Assembly: GCF_963921235.1 (NCBI RefSeq)
Contig: NC_086097.1
Span: 112,718,001 to 112,782,000, forward strand
Source of the DNA: Mobula hypostoma
Lineage: Eukaryota
Direction of reading: 5' to 3'
Length of the DNA: 64,000 nt
In this document: piece by piece, positions 51,641 through 64,000 of the stretch
How the letters are laid out: each line of letters opens with the position of its first letter
Numbering within the stretch: the first letter of the stretch is position 1
Notes under the pieces: model-generated
What the model saw: the letters and a program-made list of their open reading frames with translations, nothing else
Told to the model about the DNA's origin: nothing
Database searches by the model: none
Program-made: the position numbers and the translations under genes

Positions 51641-52329
51641 CCTTGTTATTAGTGGTTCTTTTCCTGATTGTATTGTTTCAGCCAGGAACTGCATCCTTTT
51701 AGACAGGTAATGTAACATTTCAACACCTGTTTCAAATGTTTACCGTGCATCTCAGACTACAGAGCCTCATCCAAAGAAGTCCTACAGACCCCAGTGAGAT
51801 CCTGTTCATGCATGACTTTCATGGTATCAATGTCCAGAATAAATGCGAGAATATTTACTGGTGTTAGAAACCATTGGAGTGAGTGAGTAATGCATGTTTT
51901 CCAAGATCCGTCCCTTATACCAGTTCCTCTGAAAGATGTCTAACAAAGAGAGCTCCCGTACAATAAAGTCATAAGAGCCTTTAGAATACATAGCGTTGGC
52001 CATAAGAAAATGCTCCTCATGATTTAATGATCAAATAATGTAAGTGGAAGCCTTTCCATTTCACAAGTTTCACAAGGGAGAACAAACTAGCACGCAAGTT
52101 TTAATTTGTAGTAGGATTAACTGTAATTCTCCCTTTAAAGGTAGTCATGTTCATCCATTGACACATCAGGATAGCTAGGTCTGGACCATTACTTACCTGA
52201 GCCCCTTGTCAGTGGCCACAGTCTTCTACAGGACATCCACAGTAAAATTTCAATTTTATATTCGATGTATTCCCTTGCAGTCTTTCAGCTGGGCTCCGGG
52301 GATGGAGAAGGAGCAAGATAGCTCATATA

Positions 52330-55300
52330 CAGTGCTTTACAGAAGTATTTAGCCCCCAACTCTTTGTTCAGATAAATGAGAATTACAATCGAGGATCTTG
52401 ATCAATTTAACTGAGAATTTTTGTTTGTGAATCACATGCTTTTCTTTTTTTTCACAGGAGAGCCCAAAAGACATGGAGAATTGTAAAACACGAAAAGCTA
52501 AAAATTCAAAACCTGAATCGTATGTAGCCCCTTTGCTCTGTACTTAGTTGAACTACTTCTTGAAGTCTTTTTGGATAAGTCTCTATTAGTTTTGCACTAT
52601 GTGATGGAGGAATTCATCCATTCTTCCTTGCAGAATTGCTCAATCTATGCCAGGTCAGTTGGGAGCGGTGGTGGACAGCAATCTTGAAGTCTTGCTAGAG
52701 ATGTTCAATTGGGTTCATGGTTGCTCTGGCAGTGTGCTTTGGGGCATTGTCCTGCTGAGAGACAAACTTCCTCCCCAGTTTAAGTTTTCTGGCAGAGGGT
52801 GGCAGGTTTTTATCCAGGATCTCTCTGTATTTAGCAGTGTTCATTTTCCCATCAATCCTGATCAGATATCCAGTCCCTGCTGCTGAAAAGCATCCCCATA
52901 GCACGATGCTACCTCACAGTATTGATTGTGTTACCTGGCTCATGCGCAGTATTAGATTTAAAGGAGAGGTATTACCCATAAAATCTCGCTTTACGCTGAT
53001 GATATATTGCTTTTTATCTCTAATGTTGAGATTTCATTACCTTGTGTACTTTCTTTACTCTCCCGTTTTAGCCAGTTTTCAGAATATAAATTGCAACTAC
53101 ATAAGAGTGAATTATTTCCTTTAAATAATTTGGTATCAATTAATACTAATCTTCCTTTTAAAATTGTAAGGAATCAATTTACATATTTGGGTGTAACAAT
53201 CACTAAGAATTACAAATACCTGTTTGAAGAAAACTTTTTTACTTTATTGAACCATGTAAAAAAGATACTATTAAATTGGTCACCTCTTTCAATATCGTTG
53301 ATTGGGCGAATTAATTCTATTAAAATGAATATTCTACCTAAATTTATATATCTTTTTCAGGCTTTACCTGTTTTTATTCCTAAATTCCTTTTTGACATGC
53401 TTGAACCAATTTTATCTTCTTATATATGGAAAAATAAACATCCTCATTTAAATAAAGTTCATCTTCAAAAACCTAAATAGTCTGGAGGTTTAGCCTTACC
53501 TAATTTTAGGTTTTATTACTGGGCAGTTAATATACAATATCTTATATTTTGGATATATTATATTAATCGTGTAGACTGTCCAGTATGGGTTTCTTTAGAA
53601 GCTAATTCTGTTTATAAATTTTCTATTATTTCTCTTCTTGGATCCTCACTTCCTTTATTTATAAGTAAACTAACTGATAATTTAATAGTTAAACATACTC
53701 TGAGGATCTGGATGCAATTTAGAAAACATTTTGGTTTATTGAGATTTTCCCTTTCTAGTCCCATTTATTCTAATTTTTTTAAACCCTCCATGACTGATTT
53801 AGTTTTTAAAGAATGGGACAGGTTGGGTATTAAATGTTTTTGGGATCTGTTTGTTGGAGGAAATCTTTTTTCATTTGAGCAATTGTCAGCTAAATATAGC
53901 CTACCCAAAACTCACTTTTTTAGTTATCTACAAATTAGAGAGTTTCTAAGATCTCAATTATGTACATTTCCTATAAACTCAGGTAAGAACTTACTAGACA
54001 TAATTTTTAATTTGACACCTTTTCATAATGGTTCAATATCTAATATTTATGGTATGTTACTGGAGACGAGGAATGTTCCTTTAGACAAAATTAAGAATCT
54101 CTGGGAACAAGACTTACAGACATCAATATCTGAGAAAACTTGGAATTAAATTTTTAAACTGGTTAATACATCATCGCTATGTGCTCGCCATTCCTTCATA
54201 CAATTTAAGGTGGTACATAGAGTCCGCATGACTAAAGATAAGCTATCTCATTTTTATTTGGATATATGTCCCCACTGTGACAGATGCAATAATGGAGAAG
54301 CTTCATTAATTCATATGTTTTGGACTTGTCCATGTCTTGAAAAATATTGGAAGGAAGTTTTCCAAACTTTTTCTTTACTTTTCAAAGTCAATTTTAAGCC
54401 TAATCCTCTGACGGCCTAATTTGGTATTGTTGCTGGACAAGATATCAAGTTGTACAAAATATTTACATATTTTGGCCTTTAGCTCTCTTACAGCTAGGAG
54501 GGCACTTTTGCTTAAATGGAAAGATGTTTCTCCTCCTACTCATGCTCAATGGTTATGCAATGCTATGTCATGCTTAGATTTAGAGAAGATTCGTTGTTCA
54601 ATTTCTGAATCTTGTCAAGACTTTCAAACATAGTGGGGACCCTTTCTGAATTATTTTCAAAACTTTCAAAACACTCAATTTGTTGTTTAAATGTAGATGT
54701 TGGCTATTATTAATTTTTATTATACGAGAAGGTATTTTACCCTTTCTTCTCCTTAATAAACAGCTTTGGTCTTGGTAGGGGTTAATTTTTTTTTGTAATA
54801 AATTAGTATATTTTAATATAACTTCAACTAACCTCAATGAATACGAGGTAATGAGATTGTTGTTATGAACAGACATAATGTAATTTGTAGTTGTTTTATT
54901 CAACTTTTGTATATACTTCCTTGTACTCTGTATTCTTTTATGTAGAAACTAATAAAAATATTGAAAAAAGAGATTTATACTACATGTACCAATTACTGTT
55001 GAGGCCCAAAAGTCCAACTTTAGTCTCATCCAGCCACCAGAACTCCTTTCACATCCTCAGAGCATCTTCTAAGTGATGCTTTGTAAAGTCTTTACAGGCA
55101 AGGATATGCTTTTTATTTTAGCCAGGGCTTCTTCCTTGCCACTCATCCATAAATACCCTTTTTGTACAAGGCCTTTGAGATTGTAGAAACATGAACTTCA
55201 TCTCCAGTTACAGCCACTGATTTTTGCAGCTCACTTAGAGTGACTGTTGGCGTCACAGTAGCCTCTCTTACATGGAGCATTCTTCTCCAGTGACTAAGTT

Positions 55301-55637
55301 TAGAGGGGTGGCCTGACCTATGCAATGTGGCTGTGGTTTCATATTTTTTCCACTTTTTCATAATGGACTGCATTGAGCTCTAAGGTATGTTCAGTGCCTT
55401 CAAGAAGGTCTTGTACCCTTCCCCAGATTTGTGTTTCTCCATTACCATTTTCCTGACTTTTCTTGAATGTTCTTTTGTCTTCATTGTTGTCTGGTCTGTT
55501 GAAACTCTACCATACTGTTGGACCTTACAGAGACTAGATTAACTCAAAATATCTTACTTCTATATACTTTAAATTTAGAAAATGAGACAGTAAAATATGA
55601 AAATAGTTGTGGGGCTAAATACTTTTTCAAGGCACTG
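52330..55637 (-). mobile_element. Tc1-family DNA transposon (decayed), interrupted by an L1
   Basis: TIRs CAGTGCTTTACAGAAGTATTTAGCCCC / GGGGCTAAATACTTTTTCAAGGCACTG, with TA on the left. The transposase starts at ATG 55484: MKTKEHS..., [34 protein letters not shown]. Confidence 0.9.
52961..54970 (+). mobile_element. 5'-truncated L1-clade LINE with 7-bp TSD
   Basis: HKISLYADDILL, FTYLGV, GRINSIKMNILPKFIYLFQ, CDRC...HMFWTC; aataaaaatattgaaaaaag tail; AGATTTA at 52954-52960 and 54971-54977. Confidence 0.92.
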
Positions 55638-55884
55638 GATATACTTGTAACAGCATTGACACGGCAGGACTGGAATGTACAACTGAGAGCTATAACCATT
55701 CTGCACATATCTTTGTAGCAGTGCAATCAACACAGGGTCTAGTTCTCCACAGCATATCCGGTGCTCATGGCTAGTGATCGAATTGGCTGGGGTCCCTTGG
55801 ATTAGAGTTCTGGCCAGCATGTCAGGATTGGTCTGACATGGTCACAATGCTAAAAGCAAATCTAGTCCACGTGCAACTCTATAC

Positions 55885-56134
55885 TGTAGTGTATTCAATA
55901 TTTCAGTAATATTTGAGTAATATTGTAAATATATTGTTTAAGTAAGCATTCTTTATTTGTTTAAATAATTCATTATTGGTCTTATGTAAAAGTACATGAA
56001 TGGCATACGTTATCACACCACATCACAAGTGCATGCCTTGCTGAAAGTAAAAAAATTCTAATAGTAGATACCTTATTCCCAGCTGTATGTTTTCTTTCAA
56101 TTAGTTTTATGTTTTGGAGTTACAAAACATATCT
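55885..56134 (+). mobile_element. Putative ~250-bp solo LTR
   Basis: TGT start, degenerate 3' end acatatct, internal aagtaaa signal, and 5-bp TATAC on both sides (55880-55884, 56135-56139). Confidence 0.5.
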
Positions 56135-57119
56135 TATACCCAGGTATACTGTAATTGTTGTTATGGACACAGTTCTGATAGGGACTGCTCTGTCACTAAA
56201 CAACATGGGTATCATTCCATATTTTAAAATACTCCAGTGTTATACTCTGTACTAGTGGTGACAGCTTTTTCATTGTGTAACACTGGGGCATAATAATGCT
56301 GGCATTGCACTACATTGGGATATAGTACAGAGGGAATGTCTGGGGAAGTAGAATAAAGCACAAGAGATGCAGTTTGTGGACACTTAGTAAGGCAATGAGT
56401 GAAGCTGAGTGACAGAGAAGTCATGGCATCTAGTCTAGTGAGCAATGGGAACTATGGCTTTTGTATCTTTAAATTTAGCATATCACTGGACAAGGACAAT
56501 ATTAATTTTTGGCACATGTTTCACATATGATGCAGAATATTCCTGTCCCTTTTGATTTTATATTGATATAATTATTTCTATACCTATGATTCTATAAAAT
56601 CTTTCCTCTTCTGCAACGATTGCTTTTAAAGACATCATAGGACCAATGTTTTCTCAAAATAGTTAGCAAACTGGGTTTGGGAGAGGGAAGGTCGACAATA
56701 CAACAAATGCCTCTTCCGTCTCTGTTTCTGCTTTCACAAATATTCTGCTGACCTACATTCAGCCTGCAGTAAATGCAGCTACACAGGAGGTTTCAGCACC
56801 CATTTCACACTAAAGGACGAGAACACTGCAGTCGAGTTTCTAGAGCAGAATCTATGACATCCTTCCTAGTTATCTGAAATATGATGTATTGCACTAAAAT
56901 ATTCTTTTTTATTGGCCTTTGCAACAACCTGTAACATTCCACAAAGTAATCCATCAAAAATCTTCTAATTGATAATTAAATTGAAAAATCACTCACTTGG
57001 TAATAATAATGAAGCCTATACCAATAATATTCCAGAACAAAATGAAAAGACATTTGGGAAAATATAGGCTAACAAATGAAAGAAGTCATGGATTTGTTCA
57101 AAATAATCATAATGACTGT

Positions 57120-57407
57120 AGAGTGGCATAGTGGTTGACCTATTACACTGCCAGCTGTCACCGATCGAGGCTCAATTCCCGCCACTGCCTTTAAGGAGTT
57201 AGTATGTTTTCCCTGTGACCACATGGGATTTTCTCTGGCTCCTCCAGTTTCCTTCTACATTCCAAAGATATACAGTTAGGGTTATTGTGTGTGGGCATGC
57301 AATGTTGATCCCAGCCCAATATTTGCTGACTTGATTTGATGCAAATGATGCATTTCACTCTTGGTTTCAATGTTTCAATGTACATGCGACAAATGAAACT
57401 AATCTTT
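57120..57407 (+). mobile_element. V-SINE/HE1-like SINE
   Basis: tggcatagtggtt (A-box-like), ggctcaattcc (B-box-like), and V-core taaggagttagtatgttttccctgtgacc. Confidence 0.72.
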
Positions 57408-58156
57408 ATATAATCAATAAAGAATTGAAGGGAAGGGGTATGAAGTTAATGTTTTCAATGTGGACATGTAAAAGATTTTTAACCAAGTAGTGCACAATCA
57501 ACATTGCCAAAACTGCAACCCTGGGAATTAAAGAAGAAGTAACCATGTTAACATAAAATTGGCCAAGGAACAGCGGGATATGTTGACCCTTAGCTTGGAC
57601 CACTTAGGTTAGGATGCAAGTCTAAATAATTCAAACTACTCACAACCTTAATAAAACAACTTATATTAAATTCAATTATCTCACTAATTCCTAAATTCTA
57701 CCGTTTCTTTACACCAAAATAGGGGCCAACTGACTTCTTCACAGACACTCCTCTTATCAGCCTGTTTTCTTCCCACAAGTAACTCCTTATTTTGAAAGTG
57801 ATCTCTGATTAGCAGATTATCAGTAGAGCCTTTGTTACATCCACTTCCAAGTGCTTCCATACAGAAATGATAGCTTCCACTTCTTCCATTACCTGGTAGG
57901 AACTACAACATTTGTTTGGTCTACTTTGTCCTTGAATTGTTACAGGAATCTGTTCTCCAGATTTGTAATTTCTTCAGGCCAACAGAATGGGTAGAAAATT
58001 CATCAGACCAGAGGGAGTTATACAACGATATCCCAAGAGTACATGTTCATTGATTTGTCCCCATCTTCCGGCCCCTGACCAAAATATATCGGCTGGCAAT
58101 ATTAACAAAAAGTCTAATCTGTAATCTCATCTCATTGTCATTGTCTTTTCTATGAA

Positions 58157-61100
58157 TATAGAAACATAGAAACATAGAAAATAGGTGCAGGAGTAGGCCA
58201 TTCGGCCCTTCGAGCCTGCACCGCCATTTATTATAATCATGGCTGATCATCCAATTCAGAACCCCGCCCCAGCCTTCCCTCCATACCCCCTGATCCCCGT
58301 AGCCACAAGGGCCATATCTAACTCCTTCTTAAATATAGCCAATGAACTGGCCTCAACAGTTTCCTGTGGCAGAGAATTCCACAGATTCACCACTCTCTGT
58401 GTGAAGAAGATTTTCCTAATCTCGGTCCTAAAAGGCTTCCCCTTTATCCTCAAACTGTGACCCCTTGTTCTGGACTTCCCCAACATCGGGATCAATCTTC
58501 CTGCATCTAGCCTGTCCAATTCCTTTACGATTTTATACGTTTTAATCAGATCCCCCCTCAATCTTCTAAATTCCAACGAGTACAAGCCCAGTTCATCCAG
58601 TCTTTCTTCATATGAAAGTCCTGCCATCCCAGGAATCAATCTGGTGAACCTTCTTTGTACTCCCTCTATGGCAAAGATGTCTTTCCTCAGATTAGGGGAC
58701 CAAAACTGCACACAATACTCCAGGTGTGGTCTCACCAAGGCCTTGTACAACTGCAGTAGTACCTCCCTGCTCCTGTACTCGAATCCTCTCGCTATAAATG
58801 CCAGCATACCATTCACCTTTTTCACCGCCTGCTGTACCTGCATGCCCACTTTCAATGACTGGTGTATAATGACACCCAGGTCTCGTTGCACCTCCCCTTT
58901 TCCTAATCGGCCACCATTCAGATAATAATCTGTTTTCCTATTTTTGCCACCAAAGTGGATAACTTCATGTTTATCCACATTAAATTGCATCTGCCATGAA
59001 TTTGCCCACTCACCCAACCTATCCAAGTCACTCTGCATCCTCTTAGCATCCTCCTCACAGCTAACACCGCCACCCAGCTTCGTGTCATCCGCAAACTTGG
59101 AGACGCTGCATTTAATTCCCTCATCCAAGTCATTAATATATATTGTAAACAACTGGGGTCCCAGCACTGAGCCTTGCGCTACCCCACTAGTCACCGCCTG
59201 CCATTCCGAAAAGGTCCCGTTTATTCCCACTCTTTGCTTCCTGTCTGCTAACCAATTCTCCATCCACATCAATACCTTACCCCCAATACCATGTGCTTTA
59301 AGATTGCACACTAATCTCCTGTGTGGGACCTTGTCAAAAGCCTTTTGAAAATCCAAATATACCACATCCACTGGTTCTCCCCTATCCACTCTACTAGTTA
59401 CATCCTCAAAAAATTCTATGAGATTCGTCAGACATGATTTTCCTTTCACAAATCCATGCTGACTTTGTCCGATGATTTCACTGCTTTCCAAATGTGCTGT
59501 TATCACATCTTTGATAACTGACTCCAGCAGTTTCCCCACCACCGACGTTAGGCTAACCGGTCTATAATTCCCCGGTTTCTCTCTCCCTCCTTTTTTAAAA
59601 AGTGGGGTTACATTAGCCACCCTCCAATCCTCAGGAACTAGTCCAGAATCTAACGAGTTTTGAAAAATTATCACTAATGCATCCACTATTTCTTGGGCTA
59701 CTTCCTTAAGCACTCTAGGATGCAGACCATCTGGCCCTGGGGATTTATCTGCCTTCAATCCCTTCAATTTACCTAACACCACTTCCCTACTAACATATAT
59801 TTCGCTCATTTCCTCCATCTCACTGGACCCTCTGTCCCCTACTATTTCTGGAAGATTATTTATGTCCTCCTTAGTGAAGACAGAACCAAAGTAATTATTC
59901 AATTGGTCTGCCATGTCCTTGCTCCCCATAATCAATTCACCTGTTTCTGTCTGTAGGGGACCCACATTTGTCTTTCCCAGTCTTTTCCTTTTTACATACC
60001 TATAAAAGCTTTTACAGTCAGTTTTTATGTTCCCTGCCAGTTTTCTCTCATAATCTTTTTTCCCCTTCCTAATTAAACCCTTTGTCCTCCTCTGCTGAAC
60101 TCTGAATTTCTCCCAGTCCTCAGGTGTGCCACTTTCTCTGGCTAATTTGTATGCTTCTTCTTTGGAATTGATACTATCCCTAATTTCTCTTGTCAGTCAC
60201 GGGTACACTACCTTCCTTGATTTATTCTTTTGCCAAACTGGGATGAACAATTGTTGTAGTTCATCCATGCAACCTTTAAATGCTTGCCATTGCATATCCA
60301 CTGTCAATCCTTTAAGTGTCATTTGCCAGTCTATCTTAGCTAATTCACGTCTCATACCTTCAAAGTTACCCCTCTTTAAGTTCAGAACCTTTGTTTCTGA
60401 ATTAACTATGTCACTCTCCATCTTAATGAAGAATTCCACCATATTATGGTCACTCTTACCCAAGGGGCCTCTCACGACAAGATCGCTAATTAACCCTTCC
60501 TCATTGCTCAAAACCCAGTCCAGAATAGCCTGCTCTCTAGTTGGTTCCTCGACATGTTGGTTCAAAAAACCATCCCGCATACATTCCAAGAAATCCTCTT
60601 CCTCAGCGCCTTTACCAATTTGGTTCACCCAGTCTACATGTAGATTGAAGTCACCCATTATAACTGCTGTTCCTTTATTGCACACATTTCTAATTTCCTG
60701 TTTAATACCATCTCCGACCTCACTACTACTGTTAGGTGGCCTGTACACAACTCCCACCAGCGTCTTCTGCCCCTTAGTGTTACGCAGCTCTACCCATATC
60801 GATTCCACATCTTCCCGGCTTATGTCCTTCCTTTCTATTGTGTTAGTCTCTTCTTTAACCAGCAACGCCACCCCACCTTCCCTTCCTTCATGTCTATCCC
60901 TCCTGAATATTGAATATCCCTGAATGTTGAGCTCCCATCCTTGGTCACCCTGGAGCCATGTCTCTGTGATCCCAACTATATCATAATCATTAATAACAAT
61001 CTGCACTTTCAATTCATCCACCTTATTACGAATGCTCCTTGCATTGACACACAAAGCCTTCAGGCGCTCTTTTACAACTCTCTTAGCCCTTATACAATTA

Positions 61101-61415
61101 TGTTGAAAAGTGGCCCTTTTTAATGCTTGTCCTTGATTTGTCGGCCTGCCACTTTTACTTTTCTCCTTAGTACTTTTTGCTTCTACCCTCACTTTACATC
61201 CCTCTGTCTCTCTGCACTGGTTCCCATCTCCCTGTTGTGAACTAACCTCCTCACGCCTAGCCTCTTTAATTTGATTCCCACCCCCCAACCATTCTAGTTT
61301 AAGGTCACCTCAGTAGCCCCCGCTAATCTCCCTGCCAGGATATTGGTCCCCCTAGGATTCAAGTGTAACCGCTCCTTTTTGTACAGGTCACGCCTGCGCC
61401 AAAAGAGGTCCCAAT
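58157..61415 (-). mobile_element. Young CR1 LINE, same family as 139-4512, truncated within ORF1
   Basis: Reverse complement is highly similar to 1262-4512. Tail (atagaaac)n. Confidence 0.96.
58256..61288 (-). pseudogene. CR1 ORF2p (~1010 codons) with one in-frame stop at 60199-60197
   Basis: ORFs 60197..61288 and 58256..59965 share a frame. I translated 60196-59966 by hand and found no stop. The TGA corresponds to TGG (HPWLT) in the other copy. Confidence 0.93.
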
Positions 61416-61984
61416 ATCTCCAATATTTTTCAATTTCTGGCAAAAAAAATCCTGCTAATTCAAATTAGTGATAACTACCTGAATGCACTATTGCTTCACA
61501 TCCAGTAACAAGGGTCCTGCAGAACTCAAGGGCCGTTCGGATGGATCACATTTGACTTGGCCCACACTTGAGTTTCCTCCTTCATCCAGTACCGTTCCTT
61601 CAATCACACCAACATCTAGTGGTTGCCAGGGTCCAAGCAGATTGAATCCAGGGAAAGGTGTGATTTGTGAATGATAAAATTAGTCCTTCCATAATTTTTT
61701 TATGTGTTCCTGGGTGCCTGTGTTATGGAACTAGATATACTTTCAATTGGCCTGTCCACTTTTCATTGACAAATTGTCAATGCATGAGCACCATGTAATA
61801 AAATTAATTTTGAGTACCTATTTGTGCAATGGAACAGACAACTATTGGAACCAAACTGTTGCTTTCAGATGACACCAGAACATCTGTGTGAAAACTCTTA
61901 TAATGATGGTCTGATTGACATAGCAACGCATGGATCCACTGGGATTTGATTTCTCCCAAAACCTCAACCTAACTTTGGAAGAAA

Positions 61985-62396
61985 ATTAGATTAGGTTAGA
62001 TTAGATTCAACTTTATTGTCATTGTGCCGAGTACAGATACAAAGCCAATGAAATGCATTTTGCATCTGACCAGGAATGCAAAGAATAGTGTTATTTACTA
62101 AATAACTGTGAATAAAAAAGTTCTACAGCACACAAATATAAAAGTACTGAGACAGTACAATATGGATGCAATACTGCTTAGCACTGTGATGAGAGGTTCA
62201 GCAGTGTCACAGCCTCAGGGAAGAAGCTCTTCCTGTGCCTGCAGGTGCAGGAGCGGAGGCTCCTGTAGTGCCTACCGGATGGGAGGAGAGTAAAAAGTCC
62301 ATGGTTAGGGTGGGATGCATCCTTGATAATGCTTTTCGCTCTGCCCAGGCAGCGTTTATGGTAGATGTTCTCAATGGTGGGCAATTGAGTGCCCAC
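61985..62396 (-). mobile_element. Rex1/Babar-type LINE 3' end
   Basis: ORF 62178..62396 gives IIKDASHP...LLPSGR...SFFPEAV. The tail is an (aatct)n-like repeat. Confidence 0.8.
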
Positions 62397-62885
62397 TAAA
62401 TGACCAGATGGTGCTGATGTTCTTCCAGAGTTTATGCTAACAGCAAATATAGATTAGTTAGAAGGACTTGGGATTCGAAATCTTTAGAAACTAAAAACAG
62501 GTTGATGTTCAGCCTTGCTGTCAGTGTTAGAAAGGTCTGGGCTCAATAAGCACAAACGGTCTGCTTCCATGCAGCGTTTTCTGTAAAATCCCATCTGAGC
62601 ACTTCTTCATCCTATGCAATTTCACCAGAACTTGAAGATTTTGTTCTGCTACTGTTAGAGCCTGTAACCTATATTCTGGCAGTGTGATTTCAGGCTGATG
62701 GGGCGCTTCTGAAAGAGTTCCATGAGGCTGCGGTTAAAGCATTGTAGATTTGGACTGTAATTCAGGTTTATGGTCTAGTTTCTAGTCCTAGATCTGGTTC
62801 CTTTATTTTGTTCCTACTCTGGGGTGATTTTTGAATTGGGGTGGCCTGCAGATAATGAACAGTGAACGAAATACACCTTTTGATT

Positions 62886-63107
62886 CACAAGCAAGAGTGA
62901 ATCTGCAGATGCGATAAATCCAAGTAACACACACAAAATGCTGGAGGAACTCAGCAGGCCAGGCAGCAGCTATGGAAAATATACAGTCGATGTTTCAGGC
63001 CAAGACTCTTTAGTGGGACTGAATGATCCTCGTCCTGAAACGTTGACTCTACTTTTTTCCATAGATGCTGACTGGCCTGCTGAGGTCCTCCAGCATTTTG
63101 AGTGTGT
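62886..63107. mobile_element. Older palindromic Penelope-associated insertion with 14-bp TSD
   Basis: tacaccttttgatt (62872-62885) and tacacgttttgatt (63108-63121). Inverted arms lie at ~62924-63000 and ~63033-63109. Confidence 0.75.
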
Positions 63108-64000
63108 TACACGTTTTGATTTTGTGTTTTGTATTCTGTGTCTTTGCTCATTTTTTGCTGCCGTTTGCGTGTGGAGGGGAGGTGTGTTTGATGCTGGATG
63201 TTTTTTTTGAATGGGTTGGTTCCATGGTTTTCTTTGTTTTCTGGCTGTCTATCGGAGAATGAATCTCAGGGTTGTATACTGCATACATACTTTGATAATA
63301 AATGTTCTTTGAATCTTGAAATAATGACAGGTCTCAGCAGCCAAAACAAAAAAAAAACATTAAAGATGAGCACCAAACAAAAACAAAATAACAAAGGAGC
63401 AAAATATTCTAAAATTATAAATTAACTGGCAAATTAAGTATGTACTGTCTTTAAGAAAAACGATTGATCAGATTGGGCTCAGAAATGCAATCAGCCACAC
63501 CTCTGCAGATATTTTCATTTTCATTCTTTCCAATTGCAACAAGGGAAAAAAAATCCTCCGACTCAGCCCTCTTCTGTTACAATTCAGCTATTTCATGCAT
63601 TACTTCCGCTGTGGATAATATCAAGTCTTCACAAATTAACCATTAGGTTGCATTATTTGGCTAGTCCACTTGCATGGCAACCCAATACCTTGTCTTCATC
63701 CAAAATAAATCACTTTAAATTAAGTTAGGATTAGGATTAGTATTGGTAAAATGACAGATATATTATTTCATTTGGAGCTTCTTATTAGCTTAATTCAGAT
63801 GGCAAATAATACATCTGAACCTCTTGTTATGGATTTCTTATATTTTCTTTTCAATCACAGCATACACAGTGGCCTGTAAAGGAGTACAGTACACCAAATA
63901 CTGTTAATTACCATAGACATGATGCATGAAATGGTCATGGAAGAGGATTTTGAAGAAATTTTGCTTACCTTGATAGTCTGAAGTATTACATGTCAATCAA

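Noticed and set aside
52191..52328. Strong minus-strand donor CAG|GTAAGT
   Set aside because: No clear acceptor or recognisable peptide upstream; such motifs occur by chance.
57120..57190. tRNA-like A/B boxes
   Set aside because: This is the head of a SINE, with no complete cloverleaf.
60126..60923. 265-aa plus-strand ORF, and similar ORFs at 692..1252, 1754..2269 and 58944..59348
   Set aside because: Antisense shadows of CR1 ORFs with no independent motifs.
1..64000. CRISPR arrays, operons, rRNA genes
   Set aside because: None seen. The sequence is eukaryotic and its repeats are transposon-derived.

Overview
Repeat-dominated vertebrate DNA, most likely from a cartilaginous fish (shark or ray). 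This is inferred from CR1/HER1-like LINEs, V-SINE/HE1-like SINEs and Penelope-associated repeats. I recognised no host protein-coding gene. Main contents: a full-length young CR1 LINE (+, ~139-4512) and a same-family copy on the minus strand whose ORF2 has a single nonsense codon (~58157-61415); several older CR1 families; many Rex1/Babar-type LINE fragments; an L1 inserted in a Tc1 transposon; Vingi, RTE and Penelope GIY-YIG fragments; SINEs; solo LTRs; and a MITE. Three observations stand out. (1) A decayed endogenous retrovirus at 18689-22199 has an LTR, a tRNA-Ser-like PBS, a class III (ERV-L/ERV-S-like) gag and an env remnant but no recognisable pol. A solo LTR sits inside its gag, and that LTR contains the element in (2). 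(2) A TSD-flanked palindromic Penelope-type insertion carries minimal hammerhead-ribozyme motifs on both strands. (3) A T-TTA-AAC-type slippery heptamer recurs at the ORF1 stop of several CR1 families whose ORF2 lacks an upstream ATG and lies in the -1 frame where this can be read directly, suggesting programmed ribosomal frameshifting. All calls were made by eye, with no database searches.
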